Shown here: in pieces, positions 48,401 through 60,938 of the stretch | Position numbering within the stretch: the first letter of the stretch is position 1 | How the letters are laid out: the number at the start of each line of letters is the position of its first letter | Assembly: GCA_029953675.1 (NCBI GenBank) | Contig: JAMWBK010000013.1 | Coordinates: forward strand, 682,001 to 746,000 | Direction of reading: 5' to 3' | From: Rhodosorus marinus CCMP1338 | Taxonomy: Eukaryota; Plantae; Rhodophyta | Length of the DNA: 64,000 nucleotides | Made by a program: the position numbers and the translations under genes | Notes under the pieces: generated by a model | What the model saw: the letters and a program-made list of their open reading frames with translations, nothing else | What the model was told of the DNA's origin: nothing | The model's database searches: none

Positions 48401-50828
48401 CCTGTCCACTAATCGAAATCTCCAATGGTGCATTTTGTTGTCGCCGCCCAGCAGCCTTGCAAGCGGAAATATTAACAGACAAATCTCTCGCTCTCTCCTA
48501 CTCTCTTCCTCTCTCTCTCTCTCACACACACAGACACACTCTCTCTTCCACACTACTAACGGAATCCATCCAACACTCCCCGACCCTCTCCAGATAGGAA
48601 AAAGAAAAAAAATGCAATTCCATTGCTACTCAATAAAATTTTTTAGATGCACCCCGTTTTCTCACTGTTCTCCCATTTTTAGGAGGTTTTTTTTATATCC
48701 GCAGAGAGAGCATTGCAACAACATGGGTTCTCGTCCCCATATAAAACCCATCAATAAAACCACCAAATTCCATAAAAACCAATCCCATCCAATAATTGAA
48801 CTCCAACGACATTTTAAAACCCCCCACTTTTCACACCTTCCGTTCATTTCCTATCTAATAACAAACAAAAAACCATTCTTCAGAAACCCTACCTACAGGA
48901 TTTTTTAACCCCCCCGGGACATCCGAAAAACCGAATAAAAGTTCCATAATTCAAATATCCAATAGTAACCTGGCTGATCATTCCGGATACACCAGAAAAA
49001 CTCCAAAAATTCTACACTTGTTTCCGTAAAGAGCAATGCAGTCTTCATCGAGGGCGAAAGACTTGCTCAACGCTTAGCACCCATCACCCCCTAAATGCAA
49101 CGCCTGCAATACCTATAAATAAGATAATTTAGTGATAATACTGTACTAAATAGCCTAGAAGGAGCTCTTATATAGTAATATTGTATAGCTCATATATATA
49201 TTCGTTTGTTTCAAGGGGTTAAAAATAGTGGATTGTCCTCGCATCAAATTGAGAAAAAAATTGGCCCAGGAGGATCCCACCTTCTTATCGTTTACTCCGT
49301 ATAACACATTTTATAATAAGATATTTTTTGTTCCTTTTATATCGTATATTTCTCATAGGTAAGGATTTTTATGGTCGAGGCAAATCTCCCCTCCCTTTTT
49401 TCCTGTGGATCTATATTGTGCTTGGTGGGTGTGTGGAGAGATACAATTTTCCGTAAAAACATTTATTTTTTGTAAACATTTCGTGTTTGGGGAGAGGGAA
49501 AAGGGGGGGGAGATTGTATGTAGACCTGGCCTCTTCATTTTTTTTCCCCAGAACGACAGAATTTTAGGACTAATTTTACTAATTTCTTTTGCCTATGAGA
49601 AGTATGCTTTGCAAAGAATTTTTGAGCAATGCAGGGTTGCTGCTCACCAGAAAATACCCCTTAAAAAAAACTCCAATAACTTGCAGAACAGACGTACTAC
49701 GACCCCTCGGGCAGCGATAGACAAAGAACGTATATACAGATATTAACACTTTTATAATCAATATTAGTCCCCTTTTTTTCCCGCAAAAATGAATACACGG
49801 AAAAAAACGGTGCAGAGAAAAGAATCCGAGTAGGGGTAGGAGTATAATGCTGCTGACATTCATTTGAACAGAACTCGAGGGGTGAAAACAGAAAGGTTTA
49901 TTTAAATAATATAAAATATACGAAGCACATAAAATAAAAATAATTCATTATATAATTTCCAATGGGAAGGAGATTTTAGTCCACAGAAGAATAGAATACA
50001 GAATTTTTTTCCGGTATGTTCTCTAAAATAAAGAACAATATCCGAAAATTTATTGGAGGGGCCCGGATTGCCCGAAAAAAAGGGGATGTAGTCTGCTAAC
50101 CGGTGGGTGAAGGGGGTTTTGTGGTGATCACCGTACCTTAAGTCCTCCCTCCCCACCCCCCCGCTCCCAACCCCCCCGTTCCCAACCCCCCTTCTAAGAA
50201 TATGAACCCAACCCCGGAGGGTTATGTTTATGTGTTTTTTGTTTTTCCTTTTTAGTTTTGTTTGTGGGGAGGCAGACGAGGAGGAGGGGACGGAGAAGGA
50301 GTTTATTTAGTATATACTCAATTTTGGGTAATGGTGAAGGGAGTGAAAGGGGGTGTGGTGGGAGTGTGGGGAAGTGGGGAGTTAAGGAGGGAGTTTTGCA
50401 TTTTACTAAAGGAGGTGAGTGAGCTGTTGAATTTTTGACTTTGGGAGGGTCTTTTTGGTTTGGTTGTGTATTGCCCAAAGCTGTTTTTAGGATTGTGTTT
50501 TGTAGGGAGTTTGTGGAGAGTAGGAGGAAAGGGAGGTAGGGAGCAGCTCTCGGAGTGGGGAGGAACTTGGCCCGCTTGGGTTTTGCTTGTTTTAGGGTAA
50601 GGGTGGGGAGGAAGGGAGGGCGTGTTGGTGTTGCCGATTTCTGGCGAGGATGAGGAGGCTCTGTTCAGTGTTTTGAGTTTGGTGGGTTATTTGGTTGAGT
50701 TGTGAGCTTTGTGACAGACGGAAAGAGCCGGTGCTTGTTTTTTAGTTTGCTGTTCGAGTTCGTGAGGAACCAGCTTGTGGGCGGTTCGTATCTCTCTCTT
50801 GGGTTTTGTGAGTGAACTTCCGACGAGG

Positions 50829-52732
50829 ATGGGAGACAGTGGGGTTAAGCGCTTACCGGTGACGGTGATCTCCGGGTTCCTCGGAGCCGGGAAAACGACG
50901 CTCTTGAAGCATATTCTACAGAGCGAGCAAACGCTGCGGGTGAGTAGCTAGCTCCCTCACTCTCTCCCTTTCCGCTCACACCCGCTCCTTGGGACATGTC
51001 TTCGGTCTCTGGCGGAACGCTCGAAATCGTCCTCCTGGTTAACTGACCTGTAACGTCTGCATCTTCTGTATACCCCTTCTTAGATTGCTGTGATAGTAAA
51101 CGATATGGGGAGAATCAATATTGACGGGAGGTTTATCAAGCGAAAAGGGGAACCTGCGAACACGCTCATCGAGCTCCAGAACGGTTGTATCTGTTGTACG
51201 CTGAGGGGAGACTTGCTCAAACAGATAGCCGAGCTCAGTGCTTCCGGGGGCTTTGACTACGTGATCATTGAAAGCTCCGGTGTAGCGGAACCGATTGGTG
51301 TTGCAGAAGCCTTCGCGATCGATGCGGAGGACGTCAATGACGAAATTGCTGACAAGAACGGTGGTCGGGGTCTAAGCGACATTGCGAAATTGGACTGTAT
51401 GGTTACTGTTGTAGACGGGTATAGTTTTATGGCGGATATGCGAACCAGAGATAAAGCGAAGGAGAGGTGGGGAGACGAGTTTAACGAGGACGGCAATCGT
51501 CATATTACCGATCTCCTGACAGACCAGGTACGTGGCTCTCCTTTGAAGCAAGTGCTTGTCGGCGCCGCACTATGGATCCACCTGAGTTTGGGTGATGCGG
51601 AAAGGGTCCTTTCTGTTCACGCTGGTCGCGTGATAAACTTCGCACGTTTGAGCTCCACTGACTGTCTTACATTCCTGGTTTCGCGATGTTGAATAGGTTG
51701 AATTTGCGAACATTATTCTCATCAACAAGATGGATATGTTGACTGAAGCGCAACGGCTTTCCGTGCGGTCTCAGATCAAGGCCTTAAACAGAGAAGCAAC
51801 TGTAAGTACAAGAGTTGGTGTGCAACAGCGCCGTACCGTAATCGCGGGTTGAATATCCTGACAGCGGTTCGCTTTCCTTTGCCATTAACGCAACGTCGAT
51901 AGATTGTGGATACTAACTATTCGAAGATTCCGGTGGAGAACATTGTCAACACCGGACTTTTCAACTTCGAGGATGCCCGGACGGCGACTGGATGGCTCAG
52001 AGAGTTGAAGGTAAGGGCTTCTCCTGACTTTTCACGTTGAGATTGATCTGAGCCCTTTCAGGCCACTGAAGCTTGAAAATTTGTCGTTTTGCTCAGGGAG
52101 ATCCAAGGCCCCCGGAAACACAAGTATTTGGAATTTCGTCGTTTGTATATAGGAGGCGGAGGCCTTTCCATCCAAAGGTAATTCGACAGCAAAATTTCAT
52201 CGAGGAAAGGCTTACTGTCCATACCTGTGCGAAATTCTGAAACACCTACAACGCTCGCTTGTATGCATTTGATTTGGGGGTACAGAGGTTCCAAGAAGTG
52301 TCAACAAAAATGACAGAGAATGAGAAAATTGTGCGCAGCAAAGGGTTCGTCTGGCTGGCAACAAGAAACGACTGCTACGGAGATTGGAATCAGAGCGGGG
52401 CTGTGGCCGTGCTTTCATGTGGCGATTATTGGTTCGCGGAGCTCCCAGAGGACTCATGGGGTAGCACAGACCCTGAATTTATCAAGAACGTGAAGGCTGA
52501 GTTCTCTTCAGATGCCACTCTCGGCGACAGACGACAGGAGCTCGTAATCATTGGGATCGGTCTCAACCAAAAAGAAGTGGAGGATCTTCTAGACACGAGC
52601 CTGCTCACGGACGAGGAAATGGCCCTTGGGTCTCAGAAATGGAAGGAGCTTGCTGATCCGTTTGAAGTCTGGGACATAGACAATGGTGATGACGACGATG
52701 ATGACGAAACAAACGTAAGCCATTCAAATTGA
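50829..52732 (+). CDS. COG0523/CobW/ZNG1-family G3E GTPase metallochaperone (YciC/ZigA-like), about 6 exons
   Basis: [22 protein letters not shown]; [14 protein letters not shown]; [13 protein letters not shown]; IESSGVAEP; LDCMVTVVD; [14 protein letters not shown]; [15 protein letters not shown]; [12 protein letters not shown]; [11 protein letters not shown]; LLTDEEM..W..L.DPF..W. Confidence 0.95.
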
Positions 52733-53911
52733 AAGAGACGTATTGCTTCCGCTTGCACAAATCCAAGCGTGTTCTGAACATGATCGTCTGTCATCGGGCA
52801 GGGTCAACTTCAGGATGATGACGAAGAGGAGGAGGAAAGTGACGAAGAAATGGACCATACGCATGTGCTCGGACATAGCCTTAGTTCGCGAGAGGGTCGA
52901 CCCGTTAAGAAACCAAGAGTATGAGCCGATCGAGCTGCTGCTGCACTTCAGACTCAAGTGGAAGTCTGTCTGCCCGGCCAGTCTGGACAGTGGTCATGTT
53001 TTTTTTTGGAGATCATGCCAAATGCTTCGTGGAGGAGTTTGTTGCCTACACCGTTGACTGGCAGATCTTGCTAGTGAAGCCCGTTGCTCTCTGGATCAGT
53101 AGTAGGGCGATAGCAACACTTGTCCCCTCTAAAGGTTTCGACTTGCTCGGTGATGTGTATCACTACGCAAAGAGAAGATCTAGATATGCGCTGTCGTAAG
53201 GCATTATTAAGCCCCGATCAAGCCTAACTGGCCGTGGAGAAACTCCCGCTGATTTGACTTTCTCGTTGATCACTCTATATCTGGTAATAAACTCTACGTC
53301 TACTTGACATGTACTCGCCCATACCTATCCCATCAACTACGACGACTTTACCCAGGACATGGTCCTTGAGCCAATGGCTTCCCCTTATAGTCCGAAACGA
53401 ATAAGTTATAAAGAGCAGAAACTCGGGTGAACTTGTGAGGCACCATTTAAATGGGAGTTTTTATAGGGGAAGGCGAATTTTTTCAGGGCAGGGGGCAAGG
53501 GGTTCGAGGGTCATCATGGCTTAGAATGAGATCACTAATGAGCCCCTCGAGATGCAAAGTGAATTTAACTAAAGCTCCCTCTCGAACTATGACAGGTACG
53601 TCTCGTTCTACGGCGCTACAAAGGCCAACCCCCTTTCATCCTCGTTCGATAGGGAGAGGAGATCGGGAAGATGGACAACATTCCTCAAAGTTTATCATAA
53701 GAGTTTATAACGCGAGTATGCAAATTTAACAATCACTGTTGTCATTCTCTTCACGCAAATTCAACGTCTAATCGAGGCCGATAAAGAGGTAAAGTTAAGC
53801 TATTAGAAACAGTTAGATATAAAATGGGTATTTGAAGCTCCGTTATTCGGACGGAGATGGTAATCCTCAGCATTAGTCACAAAAATGGAGTAAGCCTTAT
53901 CATAATACTAG

Positions 53912-54433
53912 TTACAAGCCGTTCTCTGTAAGTCTCAGGTCCATGAGTGACTCCAAGGTGGCCCGAAAATCCGGGATCGGGAAAGATAGAGCCAATTGCT
54001 GATTTTTTGGGTACTTCTCTACTTTGGGGATAACAATCTCCACTGTTCCGTCCTCAGACTCATGGACACTGTCCGATTCCAAAACGGTACTCTGCGACGG
54101 GGCAGAAAACCTCTCTTGAGATGCCATATTCTCAATCACTATCCTCACCATTGCAAGCTTCTTCTTCCTCTCGTCAGCTTGACCAGCCAACTTCACCGAA
54201 TACTGCCGTAGCGGAGAATATGCCAGCCTAGCACTCCCACGTTTCCTCGGCCTCTGATACTTCTGAATCATACCGGACTTTATACCCCTCCCGTACCTCC
54301 CCTTAACCCCCCCAACCGGTTCTTCATCCTCAACCCATCCCTTTCTGCCCCTACCTTTCTTCAAAACTATCTCAGTCGATCCTATATCCATCTCTTCCAT
54401 CGTTCTACTCTTCTTCTTCCCAAGCTCAAACAT
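53912..54433 (-). CDS. Hypothetical basic/acidic protein (about 173 aa), intronless
   Basis: Open frame MFELGKKKSRTMEEMDIG..; G/T-rich leader directly upstream; Lys/Arg clusters resemble NLSs; no family recognised. Confidence 0.55.
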   Translation of the reverse strand: MFELGKKKSRTMEEMDIGSTEIVLKKGRGRKGWVEDEEPVGGVKGRYGRGIKSGMIQKYQRPRKRGSARLAYSPLRQYSVKLAGQADERKKKLAMVRIVIENMASQERFSAPSQSTVLESDSVHESEDGTVEIVIPKVEKYPKNQQLALSFPIPDFRATLESLMDLRLTENGL

Positions 54434-55042
54434 CCTAACCACCAGTTCCTACCCTTCTTGTTCCTCCCCCTTCTCCCCCCTTTTTCACCATTCACACCCT
54501 TCCTATCCACTTCATTTCCGACGTGCATATACCATCCCCAATTTTAAAGTCCCACCCCCGCGACGCCCACCTGTCCCATTCATTATTTAGGCTTTAATAC
54601 TTCTATATCTAAAATATTAAGACATTATGTATGATAATGTACTATAAGTTTTTCTCTAATCATTTCAAATTTTGAATTTGTCACAAAACTAGTTATTTTG
54701 TCTTCATCCAGGAGCTGTGGGCCACTGATTAGGTCTGGCTGTGGAGCTGGTTCGCTGACGACCTAGTAGCTGGCGAGAAGGTAGCCTGAGATCATTCCTG
54801 AACCTTTTCAACTGGCTGAGGAAGGTAGATTCAAGTACCTCTACGCGTGAATATAGGGAGGTTTGGATGGGGGGGGTAGTGTAGCTCTCAGGCGGAAGTC
54901 CTCTGCACCGTCGTATTTAGTTTTATTTTGCTGGTGGATGATGTTTGTTGACGACTAGAAGTATCATCATGATCGTTTATTCAGAGAAATTAACCCTGGC
55001 AGGAAGACGGCTAGACGAGACAGAGGCAACGGGTCACAAAAA

Positions 55043-55297
55043 CTAAGGGGGCACTAAAACGCCACAGCATAATACTGAACGCGCAACGTGTATGCGTCTC
55101 ACCGTGATCCGAAAACAGTTCCGAAGCCATGCCGCCCCTGAACTCTCCGTGAACCCAAAGACCTCGATAGCAAGCGGAACGAAACGGAGCGACACAGACG
55201 AGGACACGTACTTAAGCCTGAGTCTGTTCCGTTGGATCCTAAGTCTGAAGAGGGTCGACCTCACATACCCATTTGGCATTTCGTTTTCGGTATTCAC
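55043..55297 (-). mobile_element. Possible relic of a non-LTR retrotransposon restriction-like endonuclease (RLE) C-terminus
   Basis: ..RLRLKYVSSSVSLRFVPLAIEVFGFTESSGAAWL resembles the K..KY....F.P.A.E..G motif of CRE/R2-type elements; surrounding frames are broken. A single-motif call only. Confidence 0.3.
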
Positions 55298-56896
55298 AAG
55301 TGACTTCTGCTGAGGTTTGGATCAGGTGAGTGGATGAGAGCCAAATAACTTGGGATAGGATTCCGTAGCACTCGGTTGTCCTTCGCAAGGGGTCAATTGA
55401 TCTTTCAGTGCTGTCCATGTTGACCAACCCGTCATTTCAGTCCTGCAACTCGTTCTCAGGGATTATGTGCTGGCCTGAGACTCGCCTTCAGATCTCATGG
55501 AAGGATCTTCAGCGGCTGTGAAGTTAACCATCAGTTACTGCATACATTCACATGGTCTGTACCCGAGCACTGGCTTCAGGGCTCTGTTTCGCGCCGTACT
55601 CTGCATGAGCCATTTTCACCCGGCCTTGCCCTGACCCCACGCCTCCTCCAGGCGCATTAAATCACATGTGAGGAGACTAGACTAGTTCCATGCCTTAGAA
55701 GTGCTTGGACAGGTGCAACAACATTTTTGCATAAACACCACATCCGATAGGGGAACACCCCTTAATTCACTGCACAAGTTGGCGACTTCAGCATCGTCTC
55801 AGTTGCTTTATCGCAGTAGGCTAATCAGCACAGGGCTCAACGCCAGTAAGAGAGAAAACCATGAACACATCTATCGATTGACAGTAGGTCACCCACCCAA
55901 CCCAAATGCCAAGTCAGCTCTCCACTGGCAAGCTGAAAAGCAATCCCTCAACCGCCAACGGAAAACCTGACACTTAATATTGATTGAGTACGGTAAACCT
56001 GAAATCACCAAATTCGGAAAAATTTCAGAAAATCATCATCTGAGGATACTTCCTTAAAATGACTGATACAGTCAAAACATTATCACAAATTAAATTCAAG
56101 CCATCAAAAACTAGTTTTTTATTTCATGATTCAATATGGGTACTAAAACGGGGAAAAGTCCGAGGGGGAGGATAAGCACAAGATACATTTTCCTCGAGGA
56201 GTGTCGAAAAAATTTGTTAAGTGTCACATCCCGCTACATGGTGTAAAAGATTGAATAATATATTTATTTTAAAAACTACGTAGTCTATGTAGTCAAAGAA
56301 TATAAATGATTGAATTACAATATGACACTTTTAGCCGTATTTAGAGTTGAATTAAGGTTTTTTGTCCTTGTTTTACTTGAGAATTTGGGAGGGTGTCGAA
56401 AGGTAAAATAGAAATAGAGTTTTTAAGGGGGGGGGGGAGCGAGGTCGATTTATGTAGTGTACCTAGTGAGGGGGGAAAGGGGGTGAAGGTCATGGGACAT
56501 TAGGAGCTTGGTAAAAACAGGCGGTGTGGAGGATTTAACGAAGCGGATGGACGAGGGAATTCGAAACAGGATCTGGATTGTTTGTTATGAAATGCTAGCG
56601 TCTCGCAATTTTTAAGCGAAAGTCCCATCCGTCCCCCTTCCGGCGCTTCTCTGATTCGGTGAGGAGGAAGGGGATCTGGAGCTTGTGTAAGGTTTTGATT
56701 TTGGTGATGACGGTGAGAAACTGGTGGTGAACGTTTGGGGTTTGGGAGAGGGAGGCGGGGGGTTACTGGTTTATATGTGTTGGAGAAGATTAGGGTCTGA
56801 AGAGGCGCGAGGTGGATATGTAATTTTATGAGGTTTGGGGAGTGAATAGATGTGACAGAAAGAAAAATTTTGGGGGTTGTTCGGGAAGGGGAAAGA

Positions 56897-59575
56897 ATGT
56901 CTGGAGAGTCGGATGGAGATGGTGGAAACCGGGGTGGTGAAGTCGACCAGACGACTGGTAAGGTGTTAGGAGCTTCGCTTCGACCTCTGCCGAGGATTCG
57001 TCCAGAGAGTCACGAGCAGCAGTGGCCAGATGTGGTCCCGGCACGGTTTCATTCGCCTAAATGGGCCCTTCAGGTTCAGAATCCGATAAAGTAAACTTCC
57101 GTATTTCTTATTCTGCGGCGGCAGTGTCAATGCGATGCCCTAATTTTAAGCGGTTGGGCCTTTTTTTTGCACTAGACTGCCATCAACCTACGCACAGGGA
57201 GTGTACGAACGAGGAAGTCAGGAGGTGGATGATGAACCTGAACGACAGACTAGTCAAGGGGTTGTCAGCATGCAGCGACAGTCGTTAGTTTAGCACAACG
57301 AATTTTCTTGTCCGGCGCCGTATTTGTCGACGCAATTCACTAATCATTTTCAATGGTTGGGCTTTGTTTTTCTGTAGGCCGCCTTCAACCTACGCACGAG
57401 GAGTGTACGAACGAGAACTTCAGGCGGTGGCTGATGAACCTGAACGATCCAGTCGGGATCAAAATATCAGCATGCGGCGAAAGTCATCAGCCGACACTGT
57501 GAACACGGCTAATATTCCTGCTAAAGTATCAGTGAATACTCAACAAATTGAGTCAGAGCTTAGCACCCCTAGCTTTCGACGAAGCGACCTGGCGGATTAT
57601 GCAGCCAGTAGAAAGCTGCCTTCAGAACTCGGGGACGATGCTTTTTCGGCGGCTTCTGCCCCGCCGGAGGAGTGTATCGAGCTTGAGGATGAGGTTCAGC
57701 CACACCTACCTCCACTGCTGAATACGCCGTTCCCATCCCTTCGAAACCAAGCTACCGTTCCTCCAGCTGAGTTACTGGACTTATCCACAATACCGAAAGG
57801 AAAGTTCAGTTTCTCAAGAGAAGGAAGCAACTCGTCGGTTTCGTGTATGGTTGGGAACCAGAGCTCTGCTCCTGAGGAATGCGGAGTACAAACAGTTGCT
57901 GCCAGGCGTGGATGGGTCACCAAAACTGGGGACTCTAGAAGAGACCAGAGGTTCATGATCTTAGAAGGCCATTTACTGTCCTGTCACAGTAATGAGGTTC
58001 GTATCTCTCGAAGTGTCCCGCTGAAGACGTTGGACAATGGTCTTATTCTGGTCCATTGATCTAGGACCCGAGTACAACGCCTATTTGGCAAGTCGATCTC
58101 AGGGATTGTCCAGTAACCCGCGGTGAGGACCCTCACGAGCTTGTTGTTAACCTCGCTCTCCAACCTGTACGATTTCTGTGCGAATCTGCTGAGGAAAGGG
58201 ATTGCTGGATGGCAGCCGTGAAAAAAGCCATGGAATTGGTGAGCGTCTGCTCTTTCTTTGTTCTTTGGCCAATCGCCTTAACCGTTTTCTGACTTCAGCG
58301 CTTGCATGCTGTTCTTGGTCCTGTCTCCTGTCCCTGTCTGGCAGGTCATCACGGACTTTTACAACATGGATCAGCATCTGGGGTCTGGATCGTATGGAGA
58401 CGTTTATCGTGCGAGGCAAAAATCGACAGGCGAAAAGGTTGCGATAAAGAGAATATCGAAAACTAAGTTTGGAAAGCGCGAAATGAAGTTTTTGAGGCGC
58501 GAGATCAGCATTACTCGCACGCTGAAGCACCCAAATATCGTTTCCACGTGAGTTGTTTTGTTGCTGCATTTTACGCTCTTTCCGGTCGTTCACGCTGCCA
58601 TAGCGGTGCTGCTGACTTACGAAGTGAGCTCATTTGATCATTTGCCTGGTGCGCAATTTTCGCGGCTCTCGATGCTTCAGGCTTGACATATTCGATGCGA
58701 AAGACACCTTGTACATTGTGATGGAGTACATGCCTGGAGGGGAATTCTTCAGTGTTCTTGAGTCTATGGGAAATTTCTCAGAGAGGGTAAGGTTTTGGAT
58801 TGAATCACTAGTGTTACTTGATCTGGAATCTCTGACAAGAGTTCCGTTGTCCTGATACACAGAATGCAGCCATTGCGATGAGGGATATCATCACTGGCGT
58901 TTCCTGTTTGCACGTTCACGGCATTATTCACCGTGATCTGAAGCCGGAAAACCTGCTATGCACATCCAAGAAGTGGCCTTTGAACATCAAAATTGGCGAT
59001 TTCGGACTCGCCGGGTACACCGATGATGAGCGAGAATCTACTCCGATAGGGACACTCTTCTACATGGCCCCGGAAGTTTTGAAACGTGAGGACTATGGAA
59101 CAGAAGTTGATATGTGGTCGCTAGGAGTAATTTTATATGTAATACTGTCCGGTAAGCAGCCCACATGCACCGCGTGTAGTACTGGTTCGCGGTGGTCTCA
59201 CTTGTATGTGGTATCTGATACTGTGTAGGGAGGATACCGTTCTATGGTGACACTGAAGCCGAGTGTATAGACAGAATCGTCCATGGGGTATATTCCTTCC
59301 CCGAAGAGTTTTGGGGAAATGTTTCCAGCGACGCAGTGTCGCTGATTCGAAGTCTGTTGCAGGTCGACCCCAAAAAGCGGCTCACAGCTAAGGCCACTTT
59401 AAACCACCGCTGGGTGGCTGGAAACGCGCAGGCAGACGCACTAATCCATCAAATTTCGGATAAATCCGAGATGAAGTCGATGAACCAGCGCTTCCGCAGT
59501 GCAGCTTTCGCTGCGCTCAGCGTTGAGCGACTTTCCCGAATCATCAGTGAGAAGTCGGACGACAGCCCCGCATAG
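56897..59575 (+). CDS. PH-domain + CaMK-like Ser/Thr protein kinase (paralog 2) with long N-terminal extension, about 9 exons
   Basis: [30 protein letters not shown]|[27 protein letters not shown]; kinase [49 protein letters not shown]; tail [16 protein letters not shown]. 5' exon boundaries are tentative. Confidence 0.9.
57176..57485 (+). repeat. Tandemly duplicated 108-nt exon segment within kinase 2
   Basis: 57176-57283 and 57378-57485 align without gaps (202-bp offset), each preceded by a similar ggttgggc..T-rich..AG acceptor. Confidence 0.85.
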
Positions 59576-60938
59576 TCCAGGAACGCCGAATGCCCAAGCG
59601 CTGTGCAACTGTTTCAACGTTAATTATACTAAACTTACTTACTTTATATCATCAAACGCAACAGCGCAACTGCCTGAGCTCGAAAGAAAATGAAAGGCCA
59701 GGGCGTCTATAGGCTGAGAAATGCTTGGTTTTATCTCCTAGAAGACGTATGGGACAGAGTTGGGGAGAGGCTTGGTCCTTGCTATGACCCTGGTCAACGC
59801 TACGCTGTGAGATTCGAACTTTGCTTGATCTCCGCTTTTCCAGAGCCAGGGCCACAGCGTTGCTTTGCTAGGAGAGTTCAGTACTCAACGTAACATACAC
59901 CGAAAGAGTCACTCAGTATACTTCGTTGGGTGGTCTGGATGTGTTTTGAGAAGCTCAGCCAGGCTAGCTAAGGTTCCTCAAACACAAGCCTCACTAGTAC
60001 TCGTTAGAATTTGGACATGATACAACTGTGTGATCTGGGAGCAGAAAAGTCTGGGGCAGTGAAAACTGGATAACGTATCATGAACTAGTCCGCACGGAGA
60101 AGCTGTGTTTGGAAGCAACCACTGGCCGCTGGAGTACAACTCGTGCTTCCAAACGCACGGAACAGTGTACCGTTCGTGATAAGACAGAAATACACCATTT
60201 CAGCTTCACTGGTAACTCAGAGATATGGTTTCCCAAAAAACGGTGAGAAACATGCGTTGAGGAACTCTGTTTTCAAGCTGAAGCCCGGGACGCACGTCTG
60301 CAACACAATGCGCTACAAAAACTCCCGAACGAATCCGTCATCGCCGACGCTTCTCGGGAGCACCTCCGCTAATTCGCGAGCTCCAAACTTTTCTTTTTTG
60401 CTGGGGATCTCGTTATCGCGTTTCGCAGTATGGAGAGTTTCAACGGGATACTCACAGACGTACTTCCCGAAGCTCAGTTTAACTCCCTGTTGCCCCAAAA
60501 TGTGCCCGCCTCCATCTCACCACTGACAAACATCCAAAAAAACCCAAACGGACAGGCTGTCCTAACGTCTACGTTTCGAGACAGCCTGTCTAGATCTATA
60601 TTCAGTAACATCGGCCAGGTGATAGGTTCTATAGCTGGCCCTGCAAATATTTGGGATAATATGATTTTTCCGATGGGTTGCTGATCTCAAGGACGAAGCT
60701 CGAATGGAGCTTTTGGGACGAGTTTTGGGGACGGTGGGAGGGTTGGAGGGTAGGAGAGTAAGAGGTAAGAGGGTGGTTAGTGGCTGATTGATTTTTTGAG
60801 GAAGGAAAGCATCGTCTTCTGTACTCTACATAGAGCTATTTCATTAGAAGTTTTGAGAAGGATCGATTCCTTCAACTGATTGTGATATAGGTCGGAATTC
60901 CTCTTCTTTTTTTTTTGCGTTTTGTGTTTAGTGGGGCT

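Noticed and set aside
48900-50800. AT-rich region with 60-113 aa ORFs
   Set aside because: Low-complexity intergenic and leader sequence; no coding bias or motifs.
60313-60684. Overlapping short ORFs on both strands (84 aa plus; 61 aa minus needing a 1-nt shift)
   Set aside because: No homology recognised and no in-frame ATG for the minus ORF; insufficient support.
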